In this document: positions 25,781 to 37,594 of the stretch, in pieces
Numbering within the stretch: the first letter of the stretch is position 1
How the letters are laid out: each line of letters starts with the position of its first letter
Assembly (NCBI RefSeq): GCF_020745735.1
Contig: NC_083422.1
Coordinates: 21,080,001 to 21,144,000, forward strand
Source of the DNA: Hemiscyllium ocellatum
Taxonomy: Eukaryota
Length of the DNA stretch: 64,000 nucleotides
Reading direction: 5' to 3'
Notes under the pieces: model-generated
What the model was told of the DNA's origin: nothing
Seen by the model: only the letters and a program-made list of their open reading frames with translations
Database searches by the model: none
Program-made: the position numbers and the translations under genes

Positions 25781-26785
25781 CTTAGCTTTAACCACCACTA
25801 GTCATCTCTGTAACGAGAGAGCAGCTCAATGATCTGGGAAGACTATCAAGATTTTCCCTTTACCAATTTTATGTGTACATTTTCTTTTTGATCCTGTTCA
25901 TCTTTTTAAGCTACAGGCTGGATCCGTTTCTCACTATTTCAGCTTCCTTCTTTGCCTCTGTTATCTGTTTATTTTGATTTTAATTTGTTGCATTTATCAG
26001 TTCTTGCCCATGTTTCTCTGCCTTCTGTTTTCTTCGAAGTTAACAATTTCTATTTTCAGTTTGTTTTTTCTTCTCACAAGGCTTGTTCTCAGAAATCTGT
26101 TTGGAAGTATAAGTGATGGATTACAAATTCTCCCATTGCTATAAAAATGTGCTTCACATGAACAGGCAAAAATGACCTTTTCACATTATGTAATTGTCAA
26201 TGCACCATTGCTTACATATTTGCTTCTTGTGTAAAGGTGTCTACTGTAGCAGCTGGAGCACTTTCATCAGTGCATTATCTTTAACAGATCCATCTGCTAT
26301 CATACAAACTTTTTAATTAGTGTGAATTATCTTATAAATAATGGTATTCTGAAAATTTATGCTTGGAGGACATGCCTGTTTCTGACAAGATGAGTACTCA
26401 CAAATTCTAAGAAGTAAAAACTGAAGCAATTAACTTGCTGGGCTTGTTAATTATTCTGAAACTGGATATCTTGAACATTGCAAATCAACAACAATTTATT
26501 GCAGATTTCTTCCTTAAGTTAAAATAGGGCGATGCCTGATTAAGCTTGTGATTATTATAAATGAAACAACAGATACTTACCATATTAATATGTGCTCTAA
26601 ATCCTATCAGGCATCAGGACAGAGACAATTCCTATTATGAAATAGAGATTGAATTTTCTAGTCATATTCTGCTCAATGCAAATTATGAGTAATTCAAATA
26701 TAAAAACAACATACATGGCAGTTTTCAGACATTACTTTAAGGACTGATGTGGACAAAAGACATACATATTGGCTTAAGGTTTATG

Positions 26786-27007
26786 TTGAAAATGTGTTGC
26801 TGGAAAAGCGCAGCAGGTCAGGCAGCATCCAAGGAACAGGAGATTCGACATTTCGGGCATAAGCCCTTCTTCAGGAATCATTCCTGAAGAAGAGCTTATG
26901 CCCAAAACGTCGATTCTCCTGTTCCTTGGATGCTGCCTGACCTGCTGCGCTTTTCCAGCAACACATTTTCAGCTCTGATCTCCAGCATCTGCAGACCTCA
27001 CTTTTTC
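26786..27007. mobile_element. Penelope-like (family A) hairpin insertion with two back-to-back hammerhead motifs
   Basis: Arms 26787-26878 and 26880-26972 are inverted around a single C at 26879. 13-bp TSD CTTAAGGTTTATG at 26773-26785 / 27008-27020. Confidence 0.92.
26843..26878 (-). ncRNA. Minimal hammerhead ribozyme motif (family A), core intact
   Basis: Minus strand reads ATTC CTGAAGA A GGGC TTAT GCCC GAAA TG TC GAAT. Stem III has changed from ACGU to AUGU. Confidence 0.6.
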
Positions 27008-27404
27008 CTTAAGGTTTATGCTATTCACATGAGGTTGGCTTACTAGCATTTAAAAAAAAGAATTTTAAACGCGTATTGTAAACCGAGATCCACGATCTTT
27101 CACTTTGGTTTAAAAATATCCTATCCTGGGAACTGTCTTCACCCACAAAACTGAAATACTGACCACATTGACTTACATTGACTTTGTTCTTGTAGTGCAA
27201 CAAAAAAAGGAGTCTCTTAGTTTTGTTTCTGTTGCATAGACTTCAAAGACGTTTGCACAACAATAAAATTAATGCTCAGTGTCACTTTTTAAGGTCCTTT
27301 TCAGTTATTTATAATCAAGTTACTCACAAGTAGCAGGCGTTTTAATGGCATTAAAATACTTCTTTCCTGAAAGAAACACATTATTAGCTGTATTAATAAA
27401 ACTA

Positions 27405-27500
27405 CACTCATGGCCACCTTCTCCAGGGCAACTAGGGATGGGCTATTAAGTGCTGGCCAGCCAACGATGCCCACATCCCACAAATGAATAAATAGAAAAA
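27405..27500 (+). mobile_element. Family 2 LINE/SINE 3' tail
   Basis: GGGCAACTAGGGATGGGC...TGCCCACATCCCA...ATGAATAAA followed by an A-rich end. Confidence 0.65.
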
Positions 27501-27673
27501 CTATGTTATTGTTGAATATATCAAGGTATATCTTTCAGAGCAGGGGAAAATGTAAACAGTCAAGCTATCTTGTAACTGGTGGGATATTTTTAGATTTGAG
27601 ACTATACAAGTGAATTAACTTGAACAGTAACTTCACTTCTGAAAACTGTGAAAGACAATTGCATCAGGCTTAC

Positions 27674-27959
27674 CAATTGCAGCAAAAGCATAACCACAAT
27701 GCCTGGGAGTTTTATAATTAAACCTGGGATCTTTCTGCCTTTTAAAATTTCCTTCTGTTGCTTGAATTGTCCATATACCTAGATTATTTTCCTTCGTTTC
27801 CTTCTTAATTTTGTTCATCCACCACACTTGGCAAGAATGATGAGGCGTATTGCTCAATGAGTTGGTTACTGAGAGATCTTGTGGCACAGACCTTGTGGGC
27901 AGAAGTTCCAGGTATAAAACTGATCTGTTGTTGAGGGTGGCGCAATATATTCGAACAAT
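27674..27959 (-). other. Candidate unassigned coding exon (286 bp, phase 0 to 1)
   Basis: Acceptor TTATTTTTGTATTTTAG, 95 open codons (IVRIYCATLNNRSVLYLELLP...RHCGYAFAAI), donor G|GTAAGC. No protein family recognised. Confidence 0.2.
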
Positions 27960-28539
27960 CTAAAATACAAAAATAATGGTTTGTCACAACATGATCCTTT
28001 TCCCAATTTGCTTCTGCATATTGCTTTGACTAAAAACTCCCATGAGTCAACAAAATAAATTGAACCCCTAGAAAAGTCATTATTGTTGGCAGGATGCAGG
28101 TGAGTGGAGGCTGGGAATTTGTAAGCAGAAATCACGAGCTAGTTATTGCTTCTAATCTACAGCAAAGAACCACTGCATTCATATTAGAATTAGATTATGT
28201 AATGGTACCATTTTCTCCCATTCCTTTTGTGAGTCAATCTTATTAATGATGTAGCATGTACAGATCAGGCGCCAATAGGTCTTTTTCTGTGGTTAGTTGT
28301 TTCAGAACATTAATTCATTTTCTCCACAGATGTAAGGAAACCTGCTTGGTGTACAAATTTGTTTCTGCTCTGCCAGGATCGATGTGACAGGGCCAGCAAG
28401 ATAATTCAGTTGTATCTCTCTCAACTGTTAATTGGATAGTCAGATTAACACTACTGACATTAAAGAGGCTGGGCGAACCTCTGGAGAACATTTAGTACAT
28501 CACATCTCCTGCTCCTGGAAGAGGATGTAGGTTTATCAT

Positions 28540-28897
28540 TTCTAGAATCTAGAATCCCTACAGTGTGGAAACAAGCACTTTGGCCCAACAAGTCCACACT
28601 GACCCTCTGAAGAGTAACCCACCCAAACCCATTCTCTAATACTCTACATTTACCCCTGACTAATGCACCTCACCTACTCATCCCTGAACACTGTGGGCAA
28701 CTTAGCATGGCCAATTCACCGAACTTTGGACTAACAATTGTTGGATTGTGGGAGGAAACCTGAGCACCTGGAGGAAACCCATGCAGACACGGTGAGAATG
28801 TGCAAATCCACACAGACAGTCACCAGAGGCTGGAATTGAATCCAGGTCCCTGGCACTGTGAGGCAGCAGGGCTAACCACTGAGCCACCATGCTACCC
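28540..28897 (-). mobile_element. HE1/V-SINE-like SINE
   Basis: Reverse complement of the 10068-10366 family, with A/B boxes, V-like core and tail. Confidence 0.85.
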
Positions 28898-30589
28898 ATG
28901 TTGTCATACGTTGGACACAAAAGTGTGGAGAGCATAAAGGCTGACAACTCCGGGGTACCATGGAAATGTCACCATTTGATTTGAGAAGGGACAAGTGGCC
29001 CTTTCCACCAGCATTGAAAGTGCTAAAGGATTGGCGAGAGTAGTTGATATAATCGCATTCTGACTCATGTAGTGACTTTACCACAAGCCTTTGATACTGG
29101 ATTTTCTTTTCCAAAGTCATAGATTTCTATTTTTATAAAAATCAATAACCATTTAATGGTTCGGTCCTCCCATTATCAAATGCAAACTCACCAGATGCAA
29201 AGCTAGGTCGACCTATTGGCCTCAAAGTCACCAAAAAAAAATTACAGAGAGGAGGATATAAACTTGGCACACAATAAAGGCAGATAACTTAACATATTTG
29301 ATGCTCATGTCCTAATTTCTATTTTAGAATTTATGGCTTCCAGTAATACTCTTTGCCTTCATTTTACCATCCAGTTGTCCTTGTTTCCAGAAAAGCTACT
29401 TTGAGAATAGTTTAAATTCTGTTTGTTTTATTTCAACCCAGTTCCCTTTTCAGTTGTGTGGGTCCAGCAGTTCTGACTTTATAAGTGAGTAATTTTCACT
29501 CCTTTTAATCATCATCTTGCTGTTCATAATATCAGCCACTAACAGTGAACCTCAAAATAGAGTCCACTATATTACTGACAGCACAAATGGTGTTATCAGG
29601 ATATCCACATGGCTTCTGTCAAATGGGCTAAGGCATTAATTTAACAAAGATGCATTTTTAGTACCAACAAACATGTGGACTGTAAGTTTATTTTTCATCT
29701 GTTTGAGGCAGAAATCGCTTTGATTTCATGCAGTGTGGTCCTGTGAGATGGAACACTTTATTTTGCCTTCTAGCCTGATGACAGAACAAATTCAATTGAT
29801 TTTTTAAAAAAAGACTGAAAGGTAGCTTCCATTAAATCAATTGAGGATAATGTTGTACACCATATGATTAACGAGTAATGGAATTAGAGTCTGAAAGTAC
29901 TGTGGGCGCAATGGCTTTGTAGGGGCCACTGGTGGTGCAGGCAGAAATTGCAAGTAGGGGCTGAATTTAATGGCTTTGGTAGTGACCCAGTTAATGACCA
30001 GAAAAACAGTGATAATCCCATTTCTGGGAACCACAGTGGAATTAAATTCCAATTAGCTACTCTCAGCCTGTTACTGAGATTCCTTGGCTTTTGGAAACAA
30101 AGGTCTCACCTCCAAGTACTGCTCACCACTTTGAGGTTTGGAAGCTTGTTAGTCACAGCAGCACCACCAATGGGTATATATCCACTACTGGAACTGTGCT
30201 GAACCCCTGGGACCATGAGAGAAACTAGAGGAGGGGTAAAAGGTGCAGATTTACCAAGGCCAGTCTGACACATCCTCCAAGGAAACAGCTGGGGGAGGAG
30301 GGGTCCATTTGGAAACTAGAGCTGGGGCCTTTCAGTAAAAACTACTTTGCATCTAGCTGGACTCTGCCCATCCTAACCCCCTCCTCCACCCCTCTCCCCA
30401 TAATTGACCTTCTAAAGACCTCTCTTGACCCTAGGATAGTTGGGAAGACTGACTTCAGACTTCTGAATTCATTGGGGGATTGTCAGGAAGGTGAAAGTCA
30501 TACCGTCCATATCTTGCAGCCCAATTTAAATATCCTTTTGTCTGCTATCCAACTATTGGGTGGCACAGAGAATTAAGTTCCATCCGGCG

Positions 30590-31143
30590 TTTAGGCCACT
30601 TTTGGAATACTGTGTTCAGTTCTAATCTCCTCACTTTAGGAAAGATGTTATGAAACTCAGAAAGGTTCAGAAAAGATTTATAAGGATGTTGTCAGGGTTG
30701 GAGAGTTTGTGTGATGGGGAGAGGCTGAATAAGCTGGGGTTATTTTCCCTGGAGCATCCGAGGTTGAGTAGTGACCTTACTGGTCATGAGGGTCATTGAT
30801 GGGGTAAATAGTCATGTTTTTTCCCAAGGATAGGGGAAGACAAAACTAGAGGGCATAGGTTTAAGGTGAGGGAAAATATATAAAAAGGACAAACGGGGCA
30901 ACTTCTTCACATAGAGGTTGGTGCATGTATGGAATGAACTGCCAGAGGAATTGGTGGAGGCTGGTACAATTTCAACATTTAAAAAGTATTTGAATGGGTA
31001 TGTGAATAGGAAGGCTTTAAGAGGGGTATGGGCCAAATGCTGACAGATAGGACTAGATTAATTTAGGATACTGGGGCAGCATGGACAAGTTGGACTGAAG
31101 GGTCTGTTTCCGAGCTGTACATCTCCATGACTCTGTGACTCTA
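30590..31143 (+). mobile_element. CR1 LINE 3' end
   Basis: AGGCCACTTTTGGAATACTGTGTTCAG through GAAGGGTCTGTTTCC...ATGACTCTGTGACTCTA tail. Confidence 0.88.
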
Positions 31144-31950
31144 GTGTGTTCTTTGTTCATCCCGTATTAAAGGATTAATTAGTTTTGCAAAAATATGTTT
31201 TAATCATAAAATTTGCAAATGAATTACAAAAAATATATCAATGTAAACATTACAGGACTTACAAGAAAACTTAACACGTACAATTGTATTGGTCTTTCTA
31301 TTTAACGTGCCAGGTATGTGCAAGGAAGCAAACACCAGAACCTTCCCCACTACAGCCAACTTTGAGGGGAATATGAAGAGGGGTGACACTTTAGGTATGT
31401 ACAAAGGATCTGATGGGAAGGTCTTGCTACAACAGTAGACAATATTAGGAATTTGTGCCTGGAATACTGCAAAATGTTTGGACTCCTTACTTAAGGAGGA
31501 ATACACTTCTGTTGGAAGCAGTTCACAAAAGTTTCACTCAGAAGGGTGAATATGGAAAAGGTTGGAAACATAGGCCTATATTCACTGGAGTTTAGAAATG
31601 AGAGGTGACCTTATTGAAACCAAAGGTTAAGAATTCCACAACAAATAACTCGGTTTCTGCCTCCCTATGCCCTGCCCATCATCTAGAAGGTACATGTTAG
31701 GAGTGTGATGGAATACTCTGCATTTGCTTGGATGAACGCAACTTCACAACTCTCAAGAAGATTGATATTACCCTGAAAAAAAACCAGCCTGCCTCATTGA
31801 CATGACACTCATTCACCACCATCATCAACATTCAAGCCCTTTACCATGATGCAGAATAGCAATGATGGGCACCATCTACAAGGTGGAGTGTGCACACTCA
31901 CTAAGACTTCTTGAACAGCATCTTCCAGTCATGGAACCTTAACCACTGGG

Positions 31951-32075
31951 TGAAATAACAGAGACGAGTATCTATAGTCACCAAGGCACCCTTTATTGAC
32001 ATGTGGAGAGTCCTTGACACTGATCCAGCTTCCTCAGAGCCAGCTCTGAGTGAACAGAGCCTCTGACATAGGAAA
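31951..32075 (-). mobile_element. Gypsy LTR fragment related to the LTR at 7603-7836
   Basis: Reverse complement contains GAGCTGGCTCTGAGGAAGCTGGATCAGTGTCAAGGACTCTCCAC, matching 7738-7780, and ends TTATTTCA. Confidence 0.8.
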
Positions 32076-32079
32076 CAGT

Positions 32080-32225
32080 GAGGTCTGCAGTTATAGGAGA
32101 TCAGAGTTGAGAATGTGTTGCTGGGAAAGCACAGCAGGCCAGGCAGCATTCGTGGAGCACAAAAATTGACGTTTTCGGCTGGAGCTCTTCATCAGGAATG
32201 AGGCTGGGAACCTCAGGGGTTGAGA
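32080..32225 (-). mobile_element. Penelope-like family A 3' fragment
   Basis: GAGAATGTGTTGCTGG...GGCAGCAT...GACGTTTTCGG...CTTCATCAGGAAT; degenerate hammerhead motif. Confidence 0.75.
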
Positions 32226-32944
32226 GTCTCTGACATTCCTATATATATCTGTCAGTCAAATTGGGGTAGTTATTCTGGTTCAATCAGGGAATTCATATTC
32301 AATGAGATCTACCTGACTGACCTAGTTACAATCACTACACTAAAAGGCATGAAGGCAGCAGATGATGGCAACAGCACCATTATCAAGTTCCCCTCTCCAA
32401 TCCACTCACTATCCTGACTTAGAATTATATCATCATTCCTTCACTATCATCAGGAGAACCTTAAGGAACATCCTTCCCAGAAGCACTGTGGGTCTCTTTA
32501 TAACCCATGCAGCTGTTCAAGAAGGCAGTTCACAACTACCTTCTCTAATCTAGAATGGGCAATAAATGGTGGTCTAGAAAGTGACACTCACTCACATCCC
32601 ATGAATGAATTTAAAAAAGTTCCGATAGTGCTTGCCTGGGTGGATTCTGTGAGGGTGCTTCCTCTTGTAAGGAACTCAGAATCTGAGCTGCTGAATCATG
32701 ATATTGGTGTTCCCTTTAAGATGGATACATGTAGAAATTTTCTTCTGAGGGTTGTTAATCTTTGGAAATTCATCATTGCAGACTGGAGAGGATGCTGAGT
32801 TGTTGAATATACAAAACGATCATGGGATAAGGTTGGGGTGGAGTTAGGAAAGTGAAAGTAAGTCCACAATCAGTCCCACCTGAAGTTTATAGAATGGAGG
32901 AGTATACCCAATGGACTAAATGGCAAACTTCTAATTCTTTTCTT

Positions 32945-33255
32945 TTAATTCATGAATGGGATGTGGGCTTTTCTAGTTAGGCCAGTATAACCCCATTGCC
33001 AAGAAAACAGTTAAGAGTCAACCACATTGCTGAGGGTCTTGAGTCACATGTAGAACTGCACTTTCATTCCCTAAAGGGCTTTAGTGAATCAGATCAGTGT
33101 TTCCTAACAATTGACAATGGTTTCACAGTCATCATTAGACTTTTAAGTCCAGTTTTTAAAACTTCAGTGCAAATCCCATCATCTATCATTACAGGGACTG
33201 AAACCAGATCCTAGAATACTCCCTTGGTTTCTGTATCAATAGTCTAATGATAATC
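32945..33255 (-). mobile_element. tRNA-derived SINE with family 2 LINE tail (decayed)
   Basis: Reverse-complement similarity to 48105-48459 (GTTAAGAGTCAACCACATTGC...GAGTCACATGTAG). Confidence 0.6.
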
Positions 33256-34149
33256 CCCTTATCCTAATCCGGTTTCTTATATTCTCTTTAGTGTTATTTC
33301 GATTTCTAAACTCTTGAGCCAAATACAGTTACTTATTTACTCTCATCGGAGTAATGTCACTCACCACAGCTTCTAATCCCAATTCCTCTTACTCACCAGC
33401 ATGTCACTCAGTAAATGCCATTCTAATTACTTGCGGTGAGTTGCCGCAATGTGTTGGGAAGTGACAATGATTGAGGTCATGGATCTGGCAGCAGCTTCCC
33501 CAGTAGAAGTTCCAAGCCAGCCTTTTCCTGCATAGTAACCCATATAATGTGAAATACAGAGGAGGTCGCTTAGCCGTCTGTATAATAGCATCTAAGAATT
33601 AGATGCTGATTATAATGATACTTCCATTCCTTGTGAAAGCAAACAAATCTGAAACTAGCAATCATCACTATTTTGTAGTTTCTTAAAATCAATCTTCTGC
33701 TCCCAGTTTCCTTTTAAACTTACAATGTCCCAGGAGTTTTTATGCTTATCCTTCCTTTTTCTATGGACTTATGGTTTAGAAGCACTGCCTGTCCACTCCT
33801 AACTGCATTTGGCTGCTGGTTGAAGGCAATATTTTGCATCACTCACATACTGCATGCTCCTAGAGTTATTTCTATTCTTGACAGAGAGCCCCCATTAAAG
33901 TGAGTGAGCAATTGCCAATGGTGCAGCAGGGATATGACATTGAAATACCAGAACATCCTGTGAGGCAAAGGGAAACTTCCTAAATGTCAGAGAAAAAACT
34001 CTCACTGAATATCAGCAAGTAAAGAGCTTGCAGATCCTAGACAAGCAGAAGAAGCATTAGTACCACTGCCAATTTTTGGCATTCTTGTGTTTGTCCTGAT
34101 GTGTGCAAGATGAAAAGCTTCAGCAAAGTATGTTATTTTTTTGAGCAAC

Positions 34150-35130
34150 ATTTAAATTGTGTATGACTGCACCACTATTAATAAATGGATAATCCTGAAT
34201 TGGTATTGGAATCAATCAAAAATGATGAGACTTGGTGATGGTTTGTCAGACTGCTTCACAATCAAAAGAGGACTTCACCAAGAATGTGATTTGTCCTCAA
34301 AACTGTTCATTATGTTCACTGGAGCTGTCTGCAGGCACATAGAACATCAACTAGATTGCAATTTTGGGAAGATTGGACATCAACCGCTTGAAATTCACAA
34401 ATGGCACTGCAGTGATTTTTGAATCAGAACAGGATCTGTTGGAAATTGTGAATTAAGTGGAAACAAGGAGTGTGGAACATATATTAAGAATAAATGTAAA
34501 GAAGACTGAGGTAATGACAATAAACAGAGACCTAACTCTAGAAGGACAAATTGAAGTGCATTGCCAAGTCCTGGGATAAATGAAAAGTTTTATGCATCTT
34601 TGGCAGATCATCACAGATGATGGGAGAAATGATTGCAAGATCCAAGAAGAATTCAGAAGTCCAGTTTTTAGATGGAGGATATTCAAACATCAAAAATATC
34701 CAACCTGAATCTTACAAAAAAATTGCTGAGGTTCTACACATTGTCATCTATGTTATAAGACCAGGAGGCATGAGCAGGGATCAAAGAGACAATTGATAAG
34801 ACAAATTCAATTGAGATGTTTCATCTTGGAGAATGTTCTGCTTATTCTACATGGGGACACACACGAATAGAGATACTGTAAATGGCTAGAGAAAAGAGGA
34901 AATCAAGTGGAAAACATTTAAGAGTAAGATAATACATTTTGGTAATGTCATTAGAGGAGGCTATTAACAGAAACAATTATGCAGCAAAAGATCAGTGGAA
35001 GACAGAGATAAAAAATGGATGAGACATAAAATTAACTAATTGTGGCTGAGTCACGTTGATGGCAACACAGGACAGATAAAGATGGAGTCAATGGCAGTCA
35101 ATCTTCTGGAAAAAGAATGATACCAATGAA
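34150..35130 (+). mobile_element. RTE-clade LINE 3' fragment, decayed
   Basis: Reads GDGLSDCFTIKRGLHQECDLSSKLF (cf. RGVRQGCVLSP), LRINVKKTEVM and ITDDGR, and has a WSQWQSIF/AVNLL-type C-terminus. Confidence 0.75.
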
Positions 35131-36527
35131 TTAAGCGATAGAATCATCAACAACTGGAACACCTAGGCCATTGAACTTCCAGAATGCACAACACAACTAT
35201 TACATGTGGCATTTGACATTTGCACTGCAAAACAGAACAAATATGTGCAATAATAGCTTGAGGAATAGGAGCAGGATTAGTCCCCTTAAACTTGTTCTAC
35301 CATTCAATATTATCATGGCTAATTCGATCTTGGCCATCCATCCCACTTTTCTGCCTGTTTTCATACACCAAACAATACAAGTCAAAACTGTTGAAAATTT
35401 CCTCCTAAAGATAACAATTTAATCTCAGCAATCAAGTTAGTGATCTTCTCCGAACAACCTCTCATATAATTACATCCTGCTTTAAGGTGGATTCCTGTGG
35501 TGCAATGATAGTGTCCCTTCACTGAGCTTGGAGACTTGGGTTCAAGTCCCACCTTTCCCAGATATGTATCGTAACATGTCTGAACAGACTGATTTAAAAA
35601 CAAGTATTCCCCTTTATATAAGGAGACAAGATCTGTCTACAGTATGCTAAATGCAGTCTCACCAACATCCTGTACACTTGCAACAAATCTTCTCTACATT
35701 TACACTCCATGCCTTTGCAATAAATGCTACTTACTAATTACTTGCTGTACCTGTACGCTAATATTTTCTGTTTCATGTGATACAGGGAGCATTTAATACT
35801 TAACGATCCATGTCACATTTTTATTTATGTACAAGTATCACAGAAGCTGTGGTCATGCAGCACAACTTCAGTTCCTGCCTCAGTGACTTACAAAATATAA
35901 ATATTTGTTCTCAAGTCTTACTCAGTGCCAAGATTAGTTAATGTCAAGTTTTAATTTGTAATACCGCATTAAGGCACAGAAAACATTTTTGATGCTTTGC
36001 TTGTAATTTTAGCTCTGGCAGTGCCTCCAGGACGATAAATGTTTTCAATCTGACACTTTCTGCCTACCTTTATAGTTGACATACTTTGCTGTGGAAAATC
36101 TACTTCTCAAACATAGAATTGTGGATAAAATCAATGGAAAGGAAAGTTGGGAATGATGTAAAATGGTTGGTTGAATCGTTATTATCCATTTCTTGCCAGA
36201 TAAAGTCAAGCTGACCCCATTCACTTAAGGTGAAGTAAAGAGGTTCTTGAGTATCAAGGGTAACAAGGAGAAAATGGGAGAATGGGGTTGAGAAACTTAT
36301 CAGCCGTGATTGAATGGTGGAACAGAATCGATGGGCTGAACGGCCTAATTTCTGCTCCTATGTTTCATGGTCTTATGGTCTTACTTTTACAGTGCTCCCT
36401 TTTCCTTAGTGGGTGCATTCTGTTCAAAACTCTAGAGGACTTTGATGTGCAATTTCCTCATACATATTGAATATGAAGAATCTGCAACCATTTTTCATTT
36501 GTAACATGTAGTCGTGAACGGAAAAAG

Positions 36528-36675
36528 GTCATGATGTCGAGGTGCTGGTGTTGGACTGGGGTTATTTGAAATCGCAGACTGAAGTCACTTCACCTGATGA
36601 AGGAGAAGTGCTCCAAAAGCTTGTGATTTCAAATAAACCTGTTAGACTATAATCTAGTGCTGTGTGACTTCTGAC
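36528..36675. mobile_element. Penelope-like family B fold-back fragment, degenerate
   Basis: CATGATGTCGAGGTGCTGGTGTTGGACTGGGG (reverse 3' end) joins CACCTGATGAAGGAGAAGTGCTCCAAAAGC...AAACCTGTTAGACTATAA. Confidence 0.7.
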
Positions 36676-37012
36676 AGAAAAGAGTGAAAACTCCCCATGT
36701 TTTTTTATCGGATAAGATAATGTATACCCCAGGCCATTTGCTTTAATATTCATTAAAGAGTAAGCACAGGCCAGTTATCATTTCTGTACATTTTACAAAA
36801 CTACAGGTTTGTTCACAAAATATGCAAGAAGGTTAAACCTAATATGCTTGAAGTAAATTGTGGAACTATTTAGATATTGCATTGAAATTAGACTTAATAG
36901 CATAGTATTGACCTCAAACACTGTGAGCTGAATCTTATGACATTTTGGTTGTTGTTTTTGTTGAAATTCATGGAGAAGTCCTCTCCATGAAGCCTAGTGC
37001 AAAAAAAACCCT

Positions 37013-37352
37013 CCAACCACAAGGGATGAACTCAGATTTCTCCAGTTTCCTCATTTCCCCTCCCCCCACCTTGTTTCAGTCGATTCCCTCGAACTCCGCA
37101 CCGCCCTCCTAACTGCAATCTTCTTCCTGACCTCTCCGCCCCCATCCCACTCCGGCCTATCACCCTCACCTTGATCTCCTTCCACCTATCACATCTCCAT
37201 CGCCCCTCCCCCAAGTCCCTCCTCCCTACCTTTTATCTTAGCCTGCTGGACACACTTTCCTCATTCCTGATGAAGGGCTTATGTCCGAAACGTCGAATTT
37301 CCTGTTCCTTGGATGCTGCCTGACCTACTGTGCTTTAACCAGCAACACATCT
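37013..37352 (+). mobile_element. Penelope-like family A 3' end
   Basis: CAAGGGATGAACTCAGATTTCTCCAGTTTCCTC matches the GIY-YIG end and UTR at 13700-13760 (reverse) and 53640-53990. Confidence 0.88.
37263..37298 (+). ncRNA. Minimal type I hammerhead ribozyme motif (family A), intact
   Basis: ATTC CTGATGA A GGGC TTAT GTCC GAAA CG TC GAAT. Stem I has 4/4 pairs, stem II has 4 pairs with one G-U, stem III is palindromic ACGU; predicted cleavage is after GUC (C37294). Confidence 0.78.
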
Positions 37353-37594
37353 TCAGCTCATTATTATCCCAAACATGTCTCATTAACTACCTACCCTGCC
37401 CCTTTGACACCCCTCTTATCCGATGCTGTCCCAATTCATCTACTCACAATCGCTGGAAGTATTTGCCACAGTTGGGATATTCTAGAATAGACTACTTTAA
37501 ACAGCCATTGTGCACCTGGTGAAGCACCATCAATCCAGAGCTGGCCTGTGTGGCTTGTGACACTTGCCCCAGGCAGGTAAGTCAAGGGCAATTG

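Larger units (their letters stand above)
25010..25863 (+). mobile_element. tRNA-derived SINE relic split by two younger insertions
   Basis: Head-like ...GAATGGTTAGA | GTCATGCCAACAGCATGGGTTTCATTCCC..., continuing across both inserts to GAGAGAGCAGC...GACTATCAAGATTTTCCCTTTACC. Confidence 0.55.
31640..32617 (+). mobile_element. Family 2 LINE 3' fragment interrupted by an LTR piece and a PLE piece
   Basis: TTLKKIDI...-like frame at about 31745. Resumes at about 32345 and runs to the CACATCCCATGAATGAATTTAAAAAA tail. Confidence 0.65.

Noticed and set aside
35480-35560. tRNA-like A/B box sequence
   Set aside because: It has no complete cloverleaf; it is a decayed SINE head rather than a tRNA gene.
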